Positions 12,531-24,675 of a stretch of 64,000 nt of DNA are shown here, piece by piece; position 1 is the first letter of the stretch, and each line of letters starts with the position of its first letter. A program made the position numbers and the translations under genes. The stretch is from Octopus sinensis (Eukaryota), in assembly GCF_006345805.1 (NCBI RefSeq), contig NC_043012.1:39804001-39868000 (forward strand). The letters run 5' to 3'. A model generated the notes under the pieces. That model was not told the origin of the DNA, did no database searches, and worked only from the letters and a program-made list of their open reading frames with translations.

Positions 12531-12952
12531 CTATATATATATATGTGTGTGTGTGTGTGTTTATATATATATATATACACGTGCATACTTATTAACATGT
12601 GTACTTACATAATGAATAAAATGTATACACACACACACACCCATTATAGCCACAGGACATCAAAGGCAGCCTAGGCATGCAGAATATCCAAGAGGCTTAG
12701 AATGTAATTGGCGTATAAACATACAGACAGACATGCAAGCATGTTTGTGTTTACATGCACTTGGCTAAATACACACGTGCATACGCGATGACATGCATGT
12801 CTGCAAGCTTATATGCATCCATGTGCACAAGTATCAATGCATCTATATACATATATATATATATTATATATTTATTCATACATTTATATATATATATATA
12901 TATATTTATTTATATATATATTTATTCACATATATTTATATATATGTATTTA

Positions 12953-12991
<39 letters not shown>

Positions 12992-13053
12992 TTATATAAA
13001 CATATACATATATATATTTATTTATATATATATATATATATAGACATACGTAC

Positions 13054-13115
<62 letters not shown>

Positions 13116-13130
13116 ATGTGTGTGTGTGTA
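12530..13130. repeat. Compound (TA)/(TG) microsatellite tract
   Basis: Direct reading of the sequence. Confidence 0.85.
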
Positions 13131-13299
13131 AAACAAACCCTGTTTATGTACACGAAATTCCTATGATAGTGCCTTGTTTCTAGGCTACAAGCCGGTTCTT
13201 TCTCCATTGGTGAAAAATTCGAAAAATAAATGAAATGTGTGTGAGTATGTATGTGTATGCGTGTGTGTACATTTACGTGTGTATTTATGTATATATATA

Positions 13300-13333
<34 letters not shown>

Positions 13334-14335
13334 TGGTAAGTACGTATATATTTTTATCAGATAATCTCGATAATAAAAATTAAATCAAGCTAGAATCTAA
13401 TATCCATTATGTGTTTGCTTCTGCGTTATCCCACGGGGACGGTATTACGGCGGTATCTTTGCGTAGATTCCTTTGAAACATCAAATGTAGAAGTTAGCGC
13501 TAACACACATACGCACACCAACACACGTAAATATGTAAACACACATCGCTTTCGTAACAATAACACAAAAGAAACTCTGTGTGTGTGTATGGGCGCGCGT
13601 GCGCGCGCGCGCGCGTGTGTGTGTGTTTAGTGTAAATTCTTCAACAATCTAACTCCTGCTAGTTCTACTTCACTACACAGATAAACGCGAACATGAACCG
13701 AAATTTTTGTGTAAATTTAAATATACATTTGTATAAGCTTACATTCGAATACACTTGAAAGAAAATTGAGCCAAGGGAAATAACTAAAATAAGCCAATGG
13801 CGTGAATTAACATACATCAAGTATATTTGATGTACAGATTAACGTATCATTTCAAGAGAAATTATTGATGTATTGTCATTTAAAACTTATAGAAAGAAAC
13901 CAAAACTTAGTGGTATTTGATAAAAACTCACGGTGAAAATGGGAGAAAATTTCAAAAGATTATAAAACTGAATCAAATCACTTGTTTCAGAGAAAATCTA
14001 ATATTATGTTTGTGCAGACGCTGATATTTTTCTCTGTTATTTGATCTCATAAATGCCGCATAGTAAACACGAACCTGCTTGTCTTTTTATAGACAGCAAG
14101 GGTTAGCAAGATACTAGGCTAGTTATAACTTGAATCATAGTAGATAAAAAATTCAGCAATTTGTATGGATTACGATTTAAAACGAAAATCTTCTACGTAC
14201 GTCATACTGCATATCAGTAATTACTTTCATTACAGTAAATACACTCATGTACAAAGTTACATACTATACATCGATATAATGACAAGACATACGGGATGTA
14301 TCATATCTGTAGAGGCATAAAAATATTCATGTAGG

Positions 14336-14393
<58 letters not shown>

Positions 14394-14509
14394 TAATCTC
14401 GGCAATAAAATTTAAAACAGACTAGATTTACTGTTCTATATTTTAGAGATGAGGAATTCTGTACGTTATTTACATTGGCCGGATATGTGTTCTCATCTTG
14501 TTTGTTGTT

Positions 14510-14555
14510 ACCACAATGTTTCGGTTGATTTACTCTCCAGCCTTCATCAGGTGTT
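14510..14555 (-). ncRNA. Minimal type I hammerhead ribozyme motif (Penelope-type), decayed
   Basis: AACAC-CUGAUGA-AGGCUG..CAACC-GAAA-CA-UU-GUGGU. The core is intact; the stem III palindrome ACGU has become ACAU, with mismatches in stems I and II. Confidence 0.6.
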
Positions 14556-14614
14556 CTGGTAGAATTTTTAACCAAGCTCTGGGTTCTCGTTTCTAAGGCT
14601 TTTTTTTTTGCTGA

Positions 14615-14616
<2 letters not shown>

Positions 14617-14693
<77 letters not shown>

Positions 14694-14714
14694 ACATTAT
14701 TATCATTATTATTA

Positions 14715-14758
<44 letters not shown>

Positions 14759-14780
14759 ATTATTATCATTATTATTATTG

Positions 14781-14827
<47 letters not shown>

Positions 14828-14846
14828 ATTATTATCATTATTATTA

Positions 14847-14893
<47 letters not shown>

Positions 14894-14915
14894 ATTATTA
14901 TCATTATTATTATTG

Positions 14916-14965
<50 letters not shown>

Positions 14966-14984
14966 ATTATTATCATTATTATTA

Positions 14985-15040
<56 letters not shown>
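14617..15040. repeat. (TTA)n with higher-order unit TAACATTATTATCATTATTATTATTG, about 5 copies
   Basis: Direct reading; the aac/atc/ttg interruptions recur in fixed order every 60-70 bp. Confidence 0.9.
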
Positions 15041-15042
<2 letters not shown>

Positions 15043-15146
15043 AGGTACTGCCTGGAATTGAACTCGGAATCTTGGGGTTAATAATAACATCAGTAAACAC
15101 ATACCTTAAGAATGAGAGCCCAGGATTGGGTTCAAAATTTCCCCAG

Positions 15147-15192
15147 GATATCTGATGAAGGCTGGAGAGTAAATCAGCCAAAACGTGGTGGT
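15147..15192 (+). ncRNA. Minimal hammerhead motif, probably inactive
   Basis: CUGAUGA-AGGCUG..CAGCC-AAAA-CG-UG: GAAA is mutated to AAAA and the cleavage triplet is GUG. Confidence 0.5.
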
Positions 15193-15526
15193 AACAACAA
15201 ACAAGATGAGGACAAATTTCCGTCCGATGTAAATAATGTAGACTAGATTTACACAGAATAGAAACGGTATCAGCAATTACAGGGGTTGAATAAGAGTTTG
15301 ATCAGTTTTTATTCAATAAAACTCTTATTCAAACCTTTTAATTCCTGATATCATTTCTATTTTGTGTAACTCAGAACTTTTTATACGTAAACATATGTAC
15401 ATTTTTTCATATTAAATGTATTTAATATTTTTGTAACTTGCTCGTCCTTACATTTACTCCTCTACCTGCTCAAGTTTAAATCTCTTGAGTACTACCAAGT
15501 GTGTTCTATACGGAGAATATCTGTCT

Positions 15527-15589
<63 letters not shown>

Positions 15590-15604
<15 letters not shown>

Positions 15605-15985
15605 TGAGGCTGTGTGCTGTCTGTCTCCTACGATTTAGATTCCTATCTACTCCACATTTTGCGGTGCAGTTTAACCAAAACCGGGTATCTTATATTCGTG
15701 ATTCATATCGAACACTTCTGGGTATTAGCGCGCGTCTACGATGAGTCTACGATTAAAAAAAAAAATTACCATCAATTTTTCCCATTTTTAATGCATTTTT
15801 GGCATATATAAGGGAAGTAACTCTTTAAAAATGTATTATTAAATCTCGGAACGTAAAAAGCTACAGTAACACCCCCCCCCTTTTGGGTTAGCCATATTGA
15901 GATGGCTATTATACTTTACATCTCTAAAAATGCTTATATAGTTATTTCCCTTACAAACCCGAGCAACGCCGGGCGATACTGCTAG
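15590..15985 (+). mobile_element. Non-autonomous Helitron-like element
   Basis: The 3' end CCCGAGCAACGCCGGG hairpin (15958-15973) is followed 8 nt later by CTAG|T (15982-15986), the canonical Helitron terminus. The 5' end merges into (TA)n, so the 5' TC is not visible. Confidence 0.7.
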
Positions 15986-16199
15986 TATATATATATATAT
16001 AGACATAAACAGTTACCAATAAAGTGATGGAGGGTGCTAGTAACTACCAGCTACTAACTAACCCACAAGAGTAAACAAGAGAGACAGAGACAAGCAGAAA
16101 CAAGGAAAATAGCCCTTGTATTTGAATACTATGCAAATATTCTTTTAAAATATACTTTTCTTTTAATTTTTCCAAAATTTAATTGTTTTCCATACTTAT

Positions 16200-16447
<248 letters not shown>

Positions 16448-17109
16448 GTTTAGAATTGATGATATCATAGAAGAGATTAATGATATCGTATTTTGTGTCG
16501 AGTCAGTTCTCTTTCTACTTTGTGTAAATATGAGTGTATATATGCGCGCGTGTATATGTGATCAGTCTGTGGATATTAATTGTATGTGTACGTATTGTTC
16601 TACTGAATCATGTAAGTAATTCTCATTTTCATCAGTTTTATAAAGACACTAGACCCACTCCACGTCAATGTTTCTAGATCTTAGTAGTCTCGTCTTCAGA
16701 ATGACGTGGTGTTGGCATGTGTTGCTGTCGCAGAATTAATGTATTTAATAAAAGCATTACGGTTGTTGTATACATCATGTGTAGGCTGAGAAAATATATA
16801 TTAGTTCCGTAATCTGTGTGTTTATTTGTGCATTTATTGTGCTAAGAGTATTAGTGCTATCATTGATCGTCTATTTCTTCAGGGTAGTCTACAATATAAA
16901 CTTTATTCTTTTCCCATTTAACTTTGTTTTATGTTCAAAACTACAGTACAAAGCAATTGACCTTTATGGTAGTTGTATGATCAATTTTTGTAGATAGTCT
17001 GATGTGTACGAACAGTGTAACTTGCATGTTTGTAATCAATTTTGAGGTTGTAGGGCGGATTAAACCAAATTATAGTCTTCTTTTTCGTTGTTTACTGTGT
17101 GGTGAGTGG

Positions 17110-17700
17110 GGGTCATTCAGATCTAGAATTTAATAGAAATATTAAAGAAACTTGCTTAAATATAACCATTTGTACTAACTTAATGTTAGCCATCTTCTGA
17201 CACAAAACATTAGATTTGAAGATAAATAATACCACTACATAAATATGATTGAAAATGATACATCCATAAAACTTCCGACTTCTCAACAGTCATAATTAAA
17301 AATCTTGGCAGCAAAAAAGATAAGAATACCTCTTATCTAACGCCGGATCGAGTTATCTTCTAGAAGTGATTTCTATAATAATGATGCTCTAGCTAGAAGC
17401 GGCTTCAGTGAGAAACTAATTCATATAGATTAGAAGCCACCCACCATACAACACAGTAGATATAGGAAGAGGAAAGTAACTTGTTTAATCAAACTCACTG
17501 TCTAGACGTCACAACGGATATAGCCAAGAACTTCCTAGTTCAGTTCCCATACGCAGATACAAATACCAAAAGTTTTTCAATTCGCGCAACGTCACGTTTT
17601 CCCAGATTAACAACTACAGCCTCAAACACACACACCTTTATTAGATCACAAAAATATTAGCTAACTTGAAACTGTTGAAATGTATCGGCTTGCTTTCTCA
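17110..17700 (+). mobile_element. Penelope-like element ORF remnant (RT C-terminus and linker), frameshifted
   Basis: Frame-hopping translation gives ..LNITI.TNL.., ..ALARSGFSEKL.., RKRKVT.FN..LDVTTDIAKNFL and YQKFFNSRNV. These match the recalled Penelope motif series RKRKIIWFNPPYS..VxTNIGKxFL..KIFNRNNVKxSYS. Confidence 0.65.
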
Positions 17701-19419
17701 AACGATCCTCATGAGGATCCGCTTCAGGATATATACGAGGTACACCGAGTGATCCTAATACACCAGATGGCATGGAGGGCAGTTACAGTGGTTTATCTAC
17801 AATCACTTCCAAGGGCTGTTTTCTTTGATGGATTAACTCATTTCTATCACGAAACAGAATAATCCCTATCTCTCTCTCATATTTCGTTTAAAAACCAGGT
17901 AACCAGCGCTCACCATTCTCTCTAATAACATCCAATATTAATGATAGAACCGTACATATATTAATGAGTCACAGACCTAGAAACTAAGCCTAACAGAAAA
18001 ATTACAGATGTCGCTGCAATCTGTTGTTTCTCTTAATCAAAAATCAAAATTATCATCCAATTACTGCCACCAAAGAAGATAGTTTCCAGAAAAATTTAGA
18101 ATTTAGCCACCCGCAGCTCCCAGCCCTTAAAATTCCGTTTTACTTAGCTTTTTTTGAATAATTGTATTTGAATGAAATAGACTTCAATGACTTGCCTCCC
18201 TTTACATTGTAGCAACATGAGGACTGAAGCAGTCTGTGAGTCTACGATACATCCAAGGACATGACCAACTGTAAGGAATAAGAACTGGAATTACAGTGGC
18301 GAACTGACAAATGCATTCTACCCGTGAGGGTTTCTGTGGGGTGGATGCGTGTGTGTGTGCGCGCGCACATTTCTATGTGCAAATGTATTTTTATATGTAT
18401 ATACAAGCAGAGACTCCCACACCGAGACACATATATTGGTGTAATATTAAATAAGCAATGTGCGTTCGAACGTATCGAGTACTTTTTGACTTGCAGACAT
18501 CTTAGCTCTGCAAATGAACACACACACACACACATACACACATACACACATACATACACACACACACCGGATCTTTGTCTATTAGAAAGAAATCCTGAAA
18601 TAAAATTGAACAATGACACACATACATACGCACATAGATACATAATACTCAAGTATGAACGTACGTACGTGCATACAATATGCATGTATGTATGAACGTA
18701 CGTACGTACATACATACATACATGCATATAGTATTTGATACAGCATTAACTGACATTTAACGAATAAAAGTATTTTGTCTCGTTTTCTGTACACATTTGA
18801 GCAGTCTCTCATTTTATTTTTACGCAACTAATTACTGCACCTACCAACGTGTATGTGTGCCTCTGAGTGAATGAGAGAGAGAGAGAGAGAGGAGAGAGAA
18901 TGCAGTTCTCTACGTATATGTTAGGTTTTTCAATATATTTTACACTATCATCTGACACACGTATATCAAGGAAATATTGCCATAGTTATGTGACTTCACT
19001 GCGTTTCATATTACTAATTATTTATTCAGACAACAGTATTTTCATAGATATGATGTCCTCATGGAGCTGCTCTGTGTGAGAATGTTTTTCTCTGCACATA
19101 TGATAACGATATCAATGTATCACACTTGTAAATATCTGTAATATCTAATAAGATCTTTATCTCTGGAGATGTTATTTTCTCCCCCCCCCCATCACCACCA
19201 AATTGTAGTTCCTCTCTGAGCCATCATTGTTACGACCGTGCTGTAGCACAGCCTGACCCATTGTGCTCAGCATTCAAATACATTTCCCACCACAATCATC
19301 GTAGTCACCAATATTCAAAAGAAATTTGCTCGATTCCCTTTCATTGTTCAGCTTCTGAGTCGACCATTATTAGAAATGTGACGAAAGGCGTCCGGTCTGC
19401 TTAGAACTACAAACGACTC

Positions 19420-19575
19420 TCTTTACTCTTTATATATTCTTTTATTTTTCATAGTCATTAGACTCTGGCCCTTGCTGGAGCACCACCTTGTAGAATTTCC
19501 GGTCAATAATCCGCAAGCCAACACTACTTACTCATGTTAATGTATCTGTATATCGCACCGCTAAGTTGCCAGCAC
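19420..19575 (-). mobile_element. SINE family A, degenerate 3' tail fragment
   Basis: agtcattagactctggcccttgctggagcaccacc matches the family A tail. Confidence 0.5.
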
Positions 19576-20369
19576 AAAGACTGTTTCTCCAAGTGTTGTC
19601 AAATGTAAAATCAATCGTAGAGGCAAATATATTCACACACACACACACATAAATATATTTACTTTTATATATATAAATGTGTGTGTGTGTGTGTGCGCGT
19701 GTGTGTGTATGTGTGTGTGTGCGTGTGTGTGTATGTGTGTGTGTGTGTGTGTATGTATGTGTGCGTGTACGTATATGCGTACAACGGTCTTCCATATAGT
19801 TTCCGTTTAGAAAACGAAGCATTAAACTTCAGACGGCGGTTGCGAAGCCAAGTTCTATACTGCAAAGCCACATACCGAATACAAACGTGTGTTCTATATA
19901 TATGTGTGTGTGTATGTGAGAGAGAGAGGGAGAGAGAGAGAGATTAGCCTTTATTTCAATATATTTGCCGTATTGATTATGACAGCGACTGATATCTGAA
20001 TGTAACCGTGTTGCTATGTAACAGTGTAATATATAAGTAACTCCTATTGTATTTTCTTTCGCTTTGATTGTTATTTTTCGTGTCCGAAAAGGGACGGGTG
20101 GTGTACGTATGGTGAGGCATATAAGTGTGTGTGTGTGTGTTATTTTGTGTGTGTTTGTGTGTGTGTGTGTCTTCCTATGTATGAGTGTAACATGTAAATC
20201 TTACTTTATATATCTAAATGAATTGCAAAAAAATGCAATATGTTCAAATATCAAAAATAGATGCATTTTGATCATTTTTGTAGAGACGATTATTATTATT
20301 ATCATTATTATTTATATAGGCAATTACTATTTTTGTTGTTGTTGTTGTTGTTATATGGGTTTTTGTTCC

Positions 20370-20495
20370 TAATTTAGGCACAATGACAGCAATTTTGAAG
20401 TGGGGAGGTTAGTTGATTAAATCGACCCCGGAATTTAACTGGTATTAAATTTAATGACCCCCCCCCCCTGAAAGATGGAAGCAAAGTTGATCTCA
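20370..20495 (-). mobile_element. SINE family C, 3' fragment
   Basis: ggcacaatgacagcaatttt..gattaaatcgaccccgg..actggta matches the family C tail and body. Confidence 0.6.
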
Positions 20496-20668
20496 GTAAT
20501 GATAATAAAAGTAATTCAAATGAAAATTGTAAATTCGTAGTTTCAACAGTTTCCTAAGATACCGAAAGTGACTCATATTATTTAATGGAATCTACAACCC
20601 TGAGTTTAAAACAGAAGGTTAAGAAGTATACTGAGTACGTTATCACCTCACTAAAATTATTTGTTTTC

Positions 20669-20728
<60 letters not shown>

Positions 20729-22195
20729 CTTTTACTGCTTAATGTTTTTGGACGGCGGCTATAACGGAAGGGTTCGAAAGACTCTTATTCATCGATAATA
20801 TCAGCCCTATTAAGTTATATGGTTATTTATTTATCGATGTCAAAACTGCTAATGTAGACCCAGATGTCAGGGGATGTGACTGAAGAGATGTAAGCTCAAC
20901 GCATTTTTGTACTCCGCTGCTCTAATTCCAACAATACACACGACAACTATAGATGGTTGTAACGCTTGCAACATTGATTCTGAAAATGTGGCTGCATGAT
21001 TGTTTGGAAGGATTACTATGTATGTCTCTTTTATGCAGAACATTCATTTACACACACATACACACACACGCACACACAATATATTTGTATGTTTCTGTCG
21101 TATGTGTGTGTGAGAGAGAGAGAAAGTATGTGTGTGTAAAATTTCCCCCTGGGACTGGAGTTTCACACAACCACGATCCATGTCACCTGAAGATCGCCGT
21201 GTCATGAAATTCGTGTCGCTAGGAAAATAATTCATTTCCAATAAACAATATCTCCCTCACTTCCACCCTCCATATTGAGTCATCTCTTCCTCTTTCGTCA
21301 AAAAATTGTAGCATTTCGGTGTGTGTCTGTGTGTGTGTGTGTGTAGAAGCACATACATATATGCACAAAGCTATGTGTGTATGCGTGCGTGTGTGCATGT
21401 GTATGTATATCTCATATATTTACGTTATTTGTGTATACATTTCTTTGTAGAAAGTTTTGCATATAATGTGACACAGTCAATGTTGCGGTCTCTCTGCAAA
21501 AGCACTCTTTCTCAAGAGGCTTACCTCCGTTTTAAAAAACTGCACCAACAATAGAAGCACAGCTGGAACCGACGAATATACAACCTATTCTTGTCTTGAA
21601 ATGTCAAAGTTCCACCTGTAGTGATCTCTTTTATTTTCAGCATGTTTTTTTCCCTCTCGTTGTATTCAACTGCTGTTCGACATCGCTTTCGGTCGCTTTA
21701 CTTATTACTGAATGATCGAAATGTGTGCGGACATATATGTATGTGTATGCCTTCTGCATAGACACGTATATGTACACTTACGTCTGTTTTCTCAAATATC
21801 ATAATATTCTCATGAGGAAATGTGAAAGTTACAAGTCACTATATCTATATACATTTATATTTTATTCACACTTGCCTAAGTTCAATAAAATATTCATTGA
21901 TAGATTTGGGTGATCAATCAAACAATATATATCAAATATCACATATTGTTTTTCAATCTAGTACAAGCAATATGCAATACTAAGTACTACATTTACTATA
22001 TAATTATTGATCTGTAATCTTGTATGTATTTTGTAATTTTAATTGTTTCTTGTTCATTCAAATGGGAATATTTCATTTCATTTTATATTTTCCTTTTTTA
22101 TATGCTTTTGTTTACGATCAAAGCTAACTTGTTTGTTTTTTTATACATATATATTTGACTTTTTACCCTTTTTACTATTGTTAGTTTTTATTTAT

Positions 22196-22407
22196 ATTGA
22201 TTTCAAATTTTGGCACAAGGCCAGCATTTTAGGGGGGTAGTCGATTTCATCGACCCCAGTGTTTAACTGGTATTTGTTTTGTCGACTCCGGAATGATGAA
22301 AGGCAAAGTCGACGTCGGCGGAATTTGAACTCAGAACGTAAAGACGGACGAAATGCCGCTAAGCATTTTGCTTGACGTGCAAACGATTCTGCCAGCGCGC
22401 CGCCTTA
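22196..22407 (-). mobile_element. SINE family C, full copy
   Basis: Close to consensus: aaggcaaagtcgac..ggaatttgaactcagaacgtaaagacggacgaaatgccgctaagc. The central GCCTTTCATC..GGGGTCGATAAA..AGTACC block resembles the Meta-SINE domain as I recall it (unverified). Confidence 0.85.
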
Positions 22408-23072
22408 GTTTTTTATTAATATTACAAGCGAATTAGTAAAATCATAAATATGCTGGACAAAATATTTATTTACTGACTGTAATTTGAGTTCAAATCCCGC
22501 TGGAGGTAACTTTGCTTTTAACACTGGAGCGATAAAATAACGCACCAGTTAAGTGTTGACTGAAGAAAATTGAGTGAGCCTTCCTCTAAATTTGAAGTTT
22601 TGTTCTTAGTTTAGCACTAGCTTAAAGAGTTCTGTTGTCGTGAGTAGGTCGGATCCGGCTATCATCTGTGTCCATTGTGGAAAATTCCATGCCAGTTGTC
22701 TTTGTTCTGGAGAGACTGGCATTTTCCTGTGACGAGACTTTGTTGGAAGTAATTTCGAAACGAACATTGAAAGGAAAGCTCATAGATCTTTTCCTCTTCA
22801 AACAAACCCTAACCCTAACCCTCATCGATTGCTTTCAAGTTTCACTTAGAGAGGAATGTGAAAGAAGAGGCGGAGAGGAAGAAGGAGAGGGGAAAAAAGG
22901 AGTCGATTAAGAAATAAGACAATTAATGAAGAAAGGAAGTGAAAAGGATGGTATCCACCAATAATTTGCTTAATGTTGGTTTAGAGAGGCGAAAATAGCT
23001 CGAGCGCAAGAGTCATTTTGCAACAGAATGGAAGAGAACTCTTACTATTCAGATTTAGAAGTGATCCTCGAG

Positions 23073-23233
23073 TGGCAGGAGTGGCTGCGTGGTAAGTAGC
23101 TTGTTTACCAACCACATGGTTCCGGGTTCAGTCCCACTGCGCGGCACCTTGGGCAAGTGTCTTCTACTATAGCTTCGGGCCGACCAAAGCCTTGTGAGTG
23201 GATTTGGTAGATGGAAATTGAAAGAAGCCTGTC

Positions 23234-23270
<37 letters not shown>

Positions 23271-23490
23271 TGTTTGTGTTTGTGTGTATGTGTTTGTCCC
23301 CCTAGCATTGCTTGACAACCGATGCTCGTGTGTTTATGTCCCTGTTACTTAGCGGTTCGGCAAAAGAGACCGATAGAATAAGTACTGGGCTTACAAAATA
23401 ATAAGTCCCGGGGTCGAGTTGCTCGATTAAAGGCGGTGCTCCAGCATGGCCGCAGTCAAATGACTGAAACAAGTAAAAGAGTAAAGAGAG
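23073..23490 (+). mobile_element. SINE family A, full-length, well-preserved copy
   Basis: tRNA-like head, CORE-like CCTTGGGCAAGTGTCTT, internal (TA)/(TG) tract, and tail GGCGGTGCTCCAGCATGGCCGCAGTCAAATGACTGAAACAAGTAAAAGA. Confidence 0.92.
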
Positions 23491-23840
23491 AGAGCGTGAG
23501 TTTCCTTCACTAATTATAGCAGGCTGTACTACTCTTGGGCCAACAGCTTATGCATTTCTATACTGCTGCGCCATTTCATCCTACTTCACTCTAAACTTCG
23601 ACAATTTTTGACTGTCCCTCTTATTCTTTCTCATCTGTAAGTAGTTCTTGCTGTGATACTGTAAGAAAATATTTATCATTATTGTTATTGAAATTATTAC
23701 ATGCTATATTAGTTTGCAGAGATGTTGTCTTGAGATTTTGGTGACAGCAAGTCTCCTCATATCTCAGAATTCTTGCAGAATTAATAACAATAAAATAATA
23801 AAAGTGTCATCCTGTATTCATGCAGAATACGGGAGAGCAC

Positions 23841-23899
<59 letters not shown>

Positions 23900-23909
23900 T
23901 ATTATTATT

Positions 23910-24464
23910 GAGTGAGAGAGCAGTGCATGCCATCAAAGTGACACTGAGGTAAAATATACGAAGCCCAGTATACCCATCATGACTACCCGTCTGATAAGGG
24001 TACACTAGGCACATGCATCACAACCATATGTGCGCGACATGGTGATCTCATAACAAGATAAACAGCGCATGACCTTGCGGGTGGGGCCCAGTTAGAATTT
24101 TCTTCTGGTTGGGTAACCCATCCCACTCAAAAGGTCCCTGATTAAGGGTTGTTTAAGGATGTTGAATGAAACACCTATGATTCCAGAGATGCATCATTCA
24201 GACCCCAGAGAATCCCTCTCAACACATGGCTATGATGCTCCCCCACTACTTCTGCTCGTGATCAGAGATGCACATATCGTCAGCCACTAAGGGACATGCT
24301 CAACTGGTTAAGGTCAAACAACTGACAAGCAAATCTGTGGTATTGAGCAGAATATTTGCTGTAGCCCATCTTTTATACCAAGACAAAACAATGTACATGA
24401 TAACACTTCCAATCAGTTAAGATCAGAAACCATGAGAGCCACTACCTGGTACTGCATCAGGGCA
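23910..24464 (-). mobile_element. 555-bp non-coding element embedded in (TAA)n; probable interspersed retroelement
   Basis: A complex-sequence block with sharp borders and (TTA)n on both sides, lacking an ORF and Pol III boxes. That it is repetitive genome-wide is my recollection, not shown in this window. The strand is assumed from the (TAA)n orientation. Confidence 0.55.
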
Positions 24465-24564
24465 TTATTATTATTATTATTATTATTAATTGTTGTTGTT
24501 ATTGTTGTTATTATTGTTGTTATTATTGTTATTATTATTGTTATTATTATTGTTGTTATTATTA

Positions 24565-24623
<59 letters not shown>

Positions 24624-24675
24624 ATCATCATTATTATTATTATTATTATTAATATTATTATTATCATTATTATTA
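24465..24675. repeat. (TTA)/(TTG)n microsatellite forming the Dong LINE 3' tail
   Basis: Direct reading; it abuts the LINE 3' UTR. Confidence 0.9.

Larger units (their letters stand above)
14432..15239. mobile_element. Composite inverted retroelement: tRNA B-box head remnant + expanded (AAT)n + hammerhead-bearing tail (-), joined to an inverted second tail (+); 13-bp TSD
   Basis: Arm 14432-14620 and arm 15080-15239 are reverse-complement homologues. 15041-15079 reads on minus as AACCCCAAGATTCCGAGTTCAATTCCAGGC (B-box). TSD AGACTAGATTTAC at 14419-14431 and 15240-15252. Confidence 0.75.

Noticed and set aside
14327-15181. 284-aa poly-Asn ORF, the longest in the window
   Set aside because: It runs through the (AAT)n linker and non-coding arms of the hammerhead composite.
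16659-16709. Hammerhead-like CTGAAGA..GAAAC on minus with flanking CCACGTCA/TGACGTGG inverted repeat
   Set aside because: Stem II does not pair and stem I is out of register.
22805-22822. (CCCTAA) telomeric repeat
   Set aside because: Fewer than three units; too short to call an interstitial telomere.
23073-23150. tRNA genes suggested by A/B boxes in SINE heads
   Set aside because: The heads do not fold into complete cloverleaves and continue into SINE bodies; they are tRNA-derived, not tRNA genes.
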